Assembly: GCF_001735745.1 (NCBI RefSeq)
Contig: NZ_CP017260.1
Coordinates: 870,001-902,000, forward strand
Source: Formosa sp. Hel1_33_131
GTDB lineage: Bacteria > Bacteroidota > Bacteroidia > Flavobacteriales > Flavobacteriaceae
Direction: 5' to 3'
Length of the DNA: 32,000 bases
Shown here: one piece after another, positions 8,466 to 15,671 of the stretch
Numbering within the stretch: the first letter of the stretch is position 1
Layout of the letters: each line of letters begins with the position of its first letter
Notes under the pieces: model-generated
The model's database searches: none
What the model was told of the DNA's origin: nothing
Seen by the model: the letters and a program-made list of their open reading frames with translations, nothing else
Position numbers and translations under genes: made by a program

Positions 8466-8519
8466 TCGGATATTATATCCGACATTTATCCGACATTTAG
8501 TATCGATATCCGACATTTA
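8466..8519. repeat. 17-bp palindrome (TCGGATAT-T-ATATCCGA) followed by three copies of ATCCGACATTTA
   Basis: Palindrome at 8466-8482. The 12-mer copies lie at 8477-8488, 8488-8499 and 8508-8519, and the last contains the stop codon of the minus-strand gene. Confidence 0.85.
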
Positions 8520-9851
8520 AATCAATAAATACTTTGTTCCTTTTTTCTCGCCAACCTTCTTTATAACTCTATATTCAATCAATTCATTTAAATCTCTCAA
8601 AGCGGTTCTATCTGTTATTTCAAATAGGTTTTGATATACTCCAGTTGTAATTTGGTTATTCTCTTTTAAATATTCAATTGCTTTTAATTGTCTTTCATTC
8701 AAAAATAAAGATGATAAGAACTCTGGACTGGTTCTGTTTTTATATAAAGTAATAGCAACACCACCTGTCAACTCTTCAATTTTAGGTTCAAGTAATCCTG
8801 CTTTTTCACATTCTTCAATAATTTTAATTGTTCCACGCCCCCAAGATTCTACAAAGCCTGCTCTAAAAAATGTTCTTGCAATAATTGGGTTTCTAGTCAT
8901 AGATTTATGGTCTACTTTTAATTTTTCAGGAGTTAATGGATTTAATAGCTCTCCCTGATTCCAAAACATAATTCGGTCAGGATAAACACTAATTTGTATT
9001 GGAGAATTTTCATAAGTTCTATGGGTAAACGCATTTAGTAATATTTCTCGAACTGCTTCGTATGGATATTCATAGGTTTCAATTCTTTGAATTCCCTTGT
9101 AACTAATAGAGCTGTCTATAAATCTTGTAAATAGAATTTTAAGTGTTTCATCAAGTTGTTCAAAGAGATTTCCTTCTTCCACAACTTCTTGAGAAAGTAA
9201 TTCTGAACTTGATTTTCCAAATTTTCCAATCTTAAGAAAGGAACTCACATAAAACCTCAAAGGTTGTATCCCAAATAGCAAGATTGCTGACCTAGTTAAT
9301 TTCCCTTCATTCATTATCAATAAATTCTGAAAAATAGTTTTTGAATCAAGGTTCACTGTTTCAAGCGGTAGCCTTTTGGAAGCAATACCAGACTTAACAA
9401 ATCGTTTTACCGTAGCTTCATTAATATCGTCAAAAGATGCATTTTCTTCTTCAATACTATCCCAAGTCCTCCCCGTTTTTCTTAACAAAAATTCAGTCAG
9501 TTCATTTCCTCGAAGTTCTTGATTGGTACTGCCAGAACGGTAATAATATTTTCCGTTATATGAAATACCATTATTATAGGGTTTGGTAATAATCTCTATA
9601 TAGTATAAGTCGTTTTCCTCATGTAAATTAACATCACAAAGCACGCCAAGTTTACTAGAAATTTTATTCGGCAACTCGTCCATGAGTTTTGTATACTTAT
9701 CGACCCCCACTACATTTCCAATATCATCTTTTCCAATATACAAGACACCTCCGTTGGAATTGGCAAATCCACTAATCCATTGCAGATATTCATCTCGCCA
9801 AGATTGTTTCCATTCTATGTTTTGTTGTTCGGGCATATTATTATATAACAA
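8517..9851 (-). CDS. AlbA_2 (Schlafen-like) / HATPase_c_4 / C-terminal wHTH protein (often mis-annotated as a RecG-like helicase)
   Basis: 444 aa. N-terminal IEWKQSWRDEYLQWISGFANSNGGVLYIGKDD (AlbA_2 signature), central REILLNAFTHRTY...PDRIMFWNQG (HATPase_c_4-like), and a C-terminal winged-helix region (ITTGVYQNLFEITDRTALRDLNELI). Confidence 0.8.
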   Translation of the reverse strand: MLYNNMPEQQNIEWKQSWRDEYLQWISGFANSNGGVLYIGKDDIGNVVGVDKYTKLMDELPNKISSKLGVLCDVNLHEENDLYYIEIITKPYNNGISYNGKYYYRSGSTNQELRGNELTEFLLRKTGRTWDSIEEENASFDDINEATVKRFVKSGIASKRLPLETVNLDSKTIFQNLLIMNEGKLTRSAILLFGIQPLRFYVSSFLKIGKFGKSSSELLSQEVVEEGNLFEQLDETLKILFTRFIDSSISYKGIQRIETYEYPYEAVREILLNAFTHRTYENSPIQISVYPDRIMFWNQGELLNPLTPEKLKVDHKSMTRNPIIARTFFRAGFVESWGRGTIKIIEECEKAGLLEPKIEELTGGVAITLYKNRTSPEFLSSLFLNERQLKAIEYLKENNQITTGVYQNLFEITDRTALRDLNELIEYRVIKKVGEKKGTKYLLI

Positions 9852-9996
9852 ATATCTTAAAATTAAAGGTATGGTAATTAAATAAATGTAGGTTTATTTA
9901 GTTCAATAATTATTTTAATCTTGAGTGTCTTTATTTATTACCAGAGAAAACGTAAATATCATGAAAACTAAAATCTAAAATATATTATCATTCTAG

Positions 9997-10028
9997 TGGG
10001 ACTGTTTCAAAGAAGGATTAGGAATTTA
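9997..10028. repeat. Right copy of the 32-bp direct repeat, attached to a decayed mini-gene remnant (9961..10028)
   Basis: Identical to 8199..8230. It is preceded by ATGAAAACTAAAATCTAA...TAG, a stop-riddled 5' part. Confidence 0.9.
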
Positions 10029-10100
10029 ATCTCTAAAAAAACCTACAGTGCACTTTTTTTGCAGTGAAGTCGATTACTATTGCTTGTAAACGCATTTATC

Positions 10101-12254
10101 ATGGCTTCCATAAAAATAAAACAACACGACATTACCGATTGTGGTGCCGCCTGCCTTGCCTCTATTGCTGCGCACTACCATCTAGAGCTGCCCATTGCGC
10201 GTATTCGTCAATATGCAGGCACTGACAAAAAAGGGACTAACGTTCTTGGACTCATAGAAGCCGCAGAAAAACTAGGGTTTGAGGCCAAAGGGGTCAAAGG
10301 TGTTTTAGACAGTCTTTTTAAAATTCCCAAACCAGCCATCGCTCATATTATTGTAAAAAAGAAACTGCACCATTATGTAGTCATTTATGGTGTTTCCAAA
10401 AGCCACATCACGGTTATGGATCCTGGTACTGGAAAGATAGACAAAAAAACACATGAGGCATTTCTTGAAGAATGGACAGGGGTACTCGTCATTTTACAAC
10501 CTAATGAAACCTTTAAGAAAGGAAATGACAAAATCTCTGTTTACAAGCGATTTTGGTTTTTACTCAAACCTCATAAATTTGTGTTGGCACAAGCCTTTTT
10601 TGGCGCCATCGTATATACCTTATTGGGGTTTTCTACTTCTATATACATTCAAAAAATAACGGATTTTGTGCTCGTCAGTGGAAACACAAAATTACTGAAT
10701 TTATTGGGTGTTATCATGTTAGGGTTACTGCTGCTCCAATTTGTTATTGGCATCTACAAAGATGTTTTTCTCATCAAAACAGGACAACAAATTGACGCCC
10801 GACTCATATTAGGTTACTACAAACACCTTCTCAAATTGCCACAGTCCTTTTTTGATACCATGCGTGTTGGAGAAATCATTTCACGGATCAATGATGCAGT
10901 GAAAATTAGAACTTTTATCAATGGCGTTTCCTTATCCCTGACCGTGAATGTTCTCATTCTCTTATTTTCATTTGGGCTGATGTTTTTCTATTATTGGAAA
11001 CTAGCGCTTATCATGTTGCTCGTCATTCCTGTATATGCAATGATCTATTTTATCATCAACCGCTTAAACAAAAAAGTAGAACGGAAACTAATGGAACAGG
11101 GCGCAGAGTTAGAAAGTCAACTCGTGGAATCGCTTAATGCCGTAAGTACTATCAAGCGTTTTGGATTGGAAGACTTTGCTAATATAAAAACGGAAACCAA
11201 GTTTATCAATTTACTTAAAATTGGGTATAAATCTGCTTTGAACTCTGTGTTTTCAGGCACAAGTTCATCATTTGTAGCGCAACTATTCACTATCATTTTG
11301 TTATGGACAGGATCCTATTTTGTAATAGACAGAGAAATTACAGCTGGAGAGTTATTGTCTTTTTATGCGATAATCGGTTACTTCACAGGGCCCGCAGCAA
11401 GCCTTATTGGAGCCAATAAACAAATTCAAAACGCTCTTATTGCTGCAGATCGACTGTTTGAAATTATGGATTTGGAACGGGAAAGCTCAGAAAACAAAAT
11501 TTCGCTAACGCATGAAAAAATTGGGGATATAAACTTCAACAATGTCAGTTTCAGGTATGGAACGAGAGTACAAGTTTTTGAAAATTTTAATCTCAAAATT
11601 TCAAAGGGTGAAATAACCGCGATTATAGGAGAAAGTGGTTCTGGAAAATCAACTCTTATGGCGTTACTGCAAAACGTTTATAAAATTCAAAAAGGACAAA
11701 TTAGCATCGGAGGTTTAGATATCAATTATATAGACACAAACAGTTTAAGAAACATCATAAGCGTAGTACCTCAAAAAATTGATTTGTTTGCCGGAAATGT
11801 CATTGAGAATATTGCCGTTGGTGACTTTAACCCAAATATGGAACACATCTTAGGAATTTGTAAGTCAATAGGGATTTTAGATTTTGTTGAAAATCTTCCA
11901 AATGGATTTGAAACATATCTAGGCGAGAATGGGGCCTCACTTTCTGGCGGTCAAAAACAACGTATCGCTATCGCAAGAGCATTATATAAAAATCCCGAGA
12001 TTTTAATCTTGGACGAAGCAACATCTTCACTAGATAGCAAATCAGAAAATTATATTCAAAAGACAATTCTATCTATGCGAGAGAAACACAAGACAGTGGT
12101 CATTATTGCGCACCGATTAAGTACAATTGTGAATGCTGACAAAATTATTGTTTTAGATAAAGGAACCGTAGTTGAAAGTGGCACACACACAGACCTGTAC
12201 AAACAAAAAGGGCGGTATTATGAATTGTGGCAGGCGCAAAGCCCATTGCTTTAA
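10101..12254 (+). CDS. Peptidase C39 domain-containing ABC transporter (GG-leader processing exporter)
   Basis: N-terminal C39 domain (QHDITDCGAACLASIA; HHYVVIYG; MDPG), a six-TM ABC membrane domain, Walker A GESGSGKST, signature LSGGQKQR and Walker B ILILDEATS. ATG at 10101 is preferred over TTG at 10080. Confidence 0.95.
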   Translation: MASIKIKQHDITDCGAACLASIAAHYHLELPIARIRQYAGTDKKGTNVLGLIEAAEKLGFEAKGVKGVLDSLFKIPKPAIAHIIVKKKLHHYVVIYGVSKSHITVMDPGTGKIDKKTHEAFLEEWTGVLVILQPNETFKKGNDKISVYKRFWFLLKPHKFVLAQAFFGAIVYTLLGFSTSIYIQKITDFVLVSGNTKLLNLLGVIMLGLLLLQFVIGIYKDVFLIKTGQQIDARLILGYYKHLLKLPQSFFDTMRVGEIISRINDAVKIRTFINGVSLSLTVNVLILLFSFGLMFFYYWKLALIMLLVIPVYAMIYFIINRLNKKVERKLMEQGAELESQLVESLNAVSTIKRFGLEDFANIKTETKFINLLKIGYKSALNSVFSGTSSSFVAQLFTIILLWTGSYFVIDREITAGELLSFYAIIGYFTGPAASLIGANKQIQNALIAADRLFEIMDLERESSENKISLTHEKIGDINFNNVSFRYGTRVQVFENFNLKISKGEITAIIGESGSGKSTLMALLQNVYKIQKGQISIGGLDINYIDTNSLRNIISVVPQKIDLFAGNVIENIAVGDFNPNMEHILGICKSIGILDFVENLPNGFETYLGENGASLSGGQKQRIAIARALYKNPEILILDEATSSLDSKSENYIQKTILSMREKHKTVVIIAHRLSTIVNADKIIVLDKGTVVESGTHTDLYKQKGRYYELWQAQSPLL

Positions 12255-12349
12255 TACCTAATTTTTGATCAGGCTTTTATTCACACTTTAATTACAATTT
12301 ATTTACATTTTAATTACATTTTATCGTACTTTCGTAAAAACACATACGG

Positions 12350-13429
12350 ATGCCTTTTTCACCCAATTACACGATTACAGTTGCTATTGCACAAAATTTA
12401 GTGGCCATTGAAACTGGTAAAAAACAATTTGAATCGATTCCTATGAACGCGATGCTCTTAAGCTCGCTACGTAAATCCGCACGATTGGCCTCGACGCACT
12501 ACTCCACTCAAATAGAAGGAAACCGTTTAACGATGGAGCAAGTTACAGATGTTGTTTCAAAAAAAGCAGAGGGATTTCCTGGACGGGAACGCGATGAAAA
12601 AGAGGTGGTCAATTATTACAAAGCGTTAGAATATCTTGAAACAAAAAATAACAAGCCATTAACCGAAACAACCATTCAAACTATACATGGATGGGTTTTA
12701 AGTGGTAGAAAGAGCGCAAGCGCGTATAGAGAAGGTCAAAACGTAATTAAAGATGGATTGTCGGGCGCTATTGTTTATATGCCCCCCGAAGCTTCAGAAG
12801 TGAGTGGTTTGATGAAAGCACTTGTTTCTTGGATTGACATCTCTTTAAAAAAGGGAAAAATTCCGGTCCCTATTATAGCTGCATTGGCACATTATCAATT
12901 TGCGAGCATACATCCCTACTATGATGGAAACGGAAGAACAGCTCGCTTGATTACCAACTATATTTTACATTATGGGGGCTATGGACTGAAGGGCATCTAT
13001 TCTTTGGAAGCTTATTATGCAAAAAACTTACAGGGCTATTACGATGCTTTGGCTGTTGACGATATTCCCAATTATTATATGGGAAGAGCGGAAGCGGATC
13101 TTACAAATTTTCTGGAATATTTTATGAAAGGAATGGCGATTTCTTTTACGAACATTGTGGCATCATCAAAAGAAAATAGCAGCCCATCACTACAAGACAA
13201 CAGCAAAACATTAAGAGAGTTATCTGCCAAGCAACGCATGGCTTTGGATCTATTTGTAAACCAAAAAGAAATTACGAATACTGATTTAGCACAGCACCTA
13301 GGTATTTCTAAAAGGAGTGCTGCCACTCTGCTAAAAAAATGGTTGGAAAACGAATTCCTTATAATTGGAAATCCTTCCAATAGAGCACGATCGTATCGAC
13401 TCAACCACAAATGGGAACAATTATTTTAA
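12350..13429 (+). CDS. Fic/DOC family protein, class II (N-terminal inhibitory helix), with a C-terminal wHTH
   Basis: Fic motif HPYYDGNGRTARL, inhibitory motif STQIEGN ([S/T]xxxE[G/N]) near residue 52, and a C-terminal HTH (ITNTDLAQHLGISKRSAATLLKKW). Confidence 0.9.
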   Translation: MPFSPNYTITVAIAQNLVAIETGKKQFESIPMNAMLLSSLRKSARLASTHYSTQIEGNRLTMEQVTDVVSKKAEGFPGRERDEKEVVNYYKALEYLETKNNKPLTETTIQTIHGWVLSGRKSASAYREGQNVIKDGLSGAIVYMPPEASEVSGLMKALVSWIDISLKKGKIPVPIIAALAHYQFASIHPYYDGNGRTARLITNYILHYGGYGLKGIYSLEAYYAKNLQGYYDALAVDDIPNYYMGRAEADLTNFLEYFMKGMAISFTNIVASSKENSSPSLQDNSKTLRELSAKQRMALDLFVNQKEITNTDLAQHLGISKRSAATLLKKWLENEFLIIGNPSNRARSYRLNHKWEQLF

Positions 13430-13842
13430 AACCGCTCCGCTACAAATGCTTTCATATAATCCTTAATTTCGGTACGTGCTTTTAAGAATGCAGCGTGCTT
13501 TTCTTGGTCGGCACCAATCAATTTAGAAGGATCATAAAAATTATGATGCAAACGCAGAGCATTGGTGCTTGGAATGAATGGACAGTTTTCATTGGCATGG
13601 TCACAAACGGTGATGATGTAATCAAAATCAACGTCTGCATATTCATCCACATGGTTGGAGGTATGTTGCGAGATGTCTATCCCATCTTCTTTCATAATCG
13701 CCGCAGCACCCGGATTGATACCGTGTGTTTCAATGCCCGCACTGTAAATGGTGGCGCGATTGGCTGCAAATTGATTTAAGTAGCCGTGAGCCATCTGACT
13801 GCGACACGAATTTCCTGTACAAAGGACTAATATATTCTTCAT
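13426..13842 (-). CDS. arsC: Arsenate reductase, thioredoxin-coupled LMW-PTP type
   Basis: CTGNSCRSQMA P-loop plus the Cys pair in TVCDHANENCP, as in Bacillus/Staphylococcus ArsC. No arsR, arsB or acr3 is nearby, so a generic LMW phosphatase role cannot be excluded. Confidence 0.75.
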   Translation of the reverse strand: MKNILVLCTGNSCRSQMAHGYLNQFAANRATIYSAGIETHGINPGAAAIMKEDGIDISQHTSNHVDEYADVDFDYIITVCDHANENCPFIPSTNALRLHHNFYDPSKLIGADQEKHAAFLKARTEIKDYMKAFVAERF

Positions 13843-13860
13843 TTCTTAATTTTATAAGTG

Positions 13861-14244
13861 TTATAGCGCACTGTCAATGGGTTCCCAGAGCTCAATTTTA
13901 TTCCCCTCAGGGTCTAAGATCCAAGCAAATTTCCCATAGTCAAACGTTTGTATATCGCCTACAATAGTAACACCTTCTGATCTAAGAACCGTTATCAAAT
14001 TGTTAAGATTTTCAACTCGAAAATTCACCATAAAGGGTTGTTTACTGGGCTCAAAATAGGTCGTGTCCTCCTTAAATGGGGACCACTGTGTAGATGCTTT
14101 TTTTCCTTCTTCATCCTTCCACCAAAAGGTACATCCATAATCGTCAACGGGCAATCCGAGGTGCTTGCCATACCATGCTTTTGTAGCTTTTGAATCCTTG
14201 GTTTTAAAAAATATTCCACCGAGACCTGTGACACGTTTTTTCAT
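13861..14244 (-). CDS. VOC (glyoxalase/bleomycin-resistance) family protein
   Basis: 127 aa, small beta-alpha-beta-beta-beta-type sequence (GLGGIFFKTKD...GNKIELWEP). Confidence 0.7.
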   Translation of the reverse strand: MKKRVTGLGGIFFKTKDSKATKAWYGKHLGLPVDDYGCTFWWKDEEGKKASTQWSPFKEDTTYFEPSKQPFMVNFRVENLNNLITVLRSEGVTIVGDIQTFDYGKFAWILDPEGNKIELWEPIDSAL

Positions 14245-14246
14245 AT

Positions 14247-14708
14247 CTATTTTTCTTTTTTTATTTGAGATTCATAAATAGCAATCCATTCATCAACGGA
14301 TAGTTTAGTGGCGAGCTGTCCAATAAGTTCATAAGGGATGTCCTCCATTTTTTTAAAGCGAATACAGCTTTTTCCCATGTCTAGTTTTGTCTTGCAATGC
14401 TTCGGATATTCCGCTACAAACCAATCTAAAATCTCTTTTTTAGCGTACATTCCTAAGTGATACACGGCTATAAAATTTTTCTGAGAGGCGAGGTTCATAA
14501 AGGGCAACGGCAACTTGGGATTGCAATGGTAACCATCTGGATATATCGTAAATGGCACCACATATCCTAACATCCCATAGTTGATACATTCCTGAAATTT
14601 TGGGTCTAAGCGCTCCAAAATGGTTTGTCTTAATTTTTGAATCGGTGCTTTCCGATCTTCGGGCAATTGAGCGATGTATTCGGAAGGAATTAATGCTGTA
14701 GATTTCAT
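14247..14708 (-). CDS. DUF1801 (YdhG-like) domain protein
   Basis: 153 aa, family-level resemblance only. Confidence 0.5.
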   Translation of the reverse strand: MKSTALIPSEYIAQLPEDRKAPIQKLRQTILERLDPKFQECINYGMLGYVVPFTIYPDGYHCNPKLPLPFMNLASQKNFIAVYHLGMYAKKEILDWFVAEYPKHCKTKLDMGKSCIRFKKMEDIPYELIGQLATKLSVDEWIAIYESQIKKEK

Positions 14709-14734
14709 AATTTAGAACGTTTAAAGGTCTAAAT

Positions 14735-15670
14735 TTAATGAAAATAGTTGACAATTTTATCAACGATGGTTTGGGCTAATTTTTGGTGACTCTCTACCGT
14801 CCATCCAGCCACATGTGGCGACAACAGTACATTGTCAGCTTTTAGTAGATAATCCAACGCAGGAGGTGGGGTGTTTGAAAACAGATTTTCAAATGATGAT
14901 TTCTCATATTCCAAAACATCCAATCCTGCACCTAATATGGTTTTAGACTCCAACGCAGCTACCAAGTCTTCAGTGACCACACAACTGCCGCGAGCGGAAT
15001 TGAGGAGCCAAAACGGTTGCTTAAATTTGCGGATGAAATTTGCGTCGATCATTTGATATGTCAACTCGGTATGAGGAACATGAAGGCTAATGATTTGGGA
15101 TTTTTCTTGAAGCGTTTCCAATGAAACTTGTTGTGCATTTTCATCACCAACAGTGGGTTTGAGATCGTAACAAAGAACCTCAACCTCAAAACCGCGCAGT
15201 TTTTTAGCAAATGCTTTGCCCATATGTCCATACCCAATAATCCCAACGGTTTTCCCATCGAGTTCAAGACCTCGATTGGCTTCGCGTTGCCATTTGCCAT
15301 CTCGTACATCGCGATCTGCTGTGTGTAGTTTATTAAACAACGCCAACAACATCCCAAGCGCATGCTCTCCAACAGCATTTTGATTGCCTTCAGGGGCGGC
15401 TATTAAATGAATGCCTTTGGTTTCTGCGTAGTCTGTGTCAATATTTTCCAATCCGGCGCCTAACCGACCTATAAATTTAAGGTTGGTGGCTTTGTCTAAA
15501 AAAGGCGCATCAATTCGAAACCGGCTTCTTATAATGAGACCGTCATAGGTGTGTATTTTAGCTTCAATGGCTTCTTTTGAGCTGGAGTAATCTTCGTGAT
15601 TGGTATGTCCTAAAGCGGTTAACTGTTCTATTAATAAGGGATGATTGGAGTCAAGATGTAAGATGTTCAT
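14735..15670 (-). CDS. D-isomer-specific 2-hydroxyacid dehydrogenase (phosphoglycerate dehydrogenase-like)
   Basis: NAD-binding GIIGYGHMG, a catalytic R...E...H pattern (NSARG, LDVLEYE, SPHVAG). Confidence 0.85.
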   Translation of the reverse strand: MNILHLDSNHPLLIEQLTALGHTNHEDYSSSKEAIEAKIHTYDGLIIRSRFRIDAPFLDKATNLKFIGRLGAGLENIDTDYAETKGIHLIAAPEGNQNAVGEHALGMLLALFNKLHTADRDVRDGKWQREANRGLELDGKTVGIIGYGHMGKAFAKKLRGFEVEVLCYDLKPTVGDENAQQVSLETLQEKSQIISLHVPHTELTYQMIDANFIRKFKQPFWLLNSARGSCVVTEDLVAALESKTILGAGLDVLEYEKSSFENLFSNTPPPALDYLLKADNVLLSPHVAGWTVESHQKLAQTIVDKIVNYFH

Positions 15671-15671
15671 C

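Larger units (their letters stand above)
8231..9996. other. About 1.8-kb inserted segment bounded by the 32-bp direct repeats; carries the AlbA_2-family gene
   Basis: It separates the peptide/immunity genes from their C39-ABC transporter. Its content is unrelated to the locus and the gene is in the opposite orientation. No recombinase gene is present. Confidence 0.5.

Noticed and set aside
8477-8519. Possible CRISPR-like array (three ATCCGACATTTA copies)
   Set aside because: The repeats are only 12 nt. Two of them share a base, and the only spacer is 8 nt. There is no cas context. This is not a CRISPR array.
8317-8520. 67-aa ORF on the plus strand inside the insertion
   Set aside because: It starts at a non-ATG codon (GTG at 8317, not ATG), has a low-complexity composition, and its 3' end is made of the 12-mer repeat array. 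It is more likely non-coding DNA carrying binding sites.
10080-10100. TTG start for the ABC transporter, and similarly TTG 1391 for the GNAT and 20004 for the TPR protein
   Set aside because: Downstream ATGs give canonical N-termini: MASIKIKQHDITDCG for the C39 domain, MNYHIRKA for the GNAT, and the signal peptide MKSIRILFF for the TPR protein. The longer forms overlap upstream genes or repeats.
13075-13410. 111-aa antisense ORF within fic, plus similar antisense ORFs (3377..3574, 4614..4961, 14440..14763, 15061..15378, 19407..20007, 26238..27068)
   Set aside because: Each is fully embedded in a strongly supported gene on the opposite strand or in another frame, and none has recognisable motifs.
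13426-13842. arsC as part of an arsenic-resistance operon or island
   Set aside because: No arsR, arsB/acr3 or arsA is adjacent. The neighbours are unrelated small enzymes. I treat it as an orphan core gene and not as a finding.
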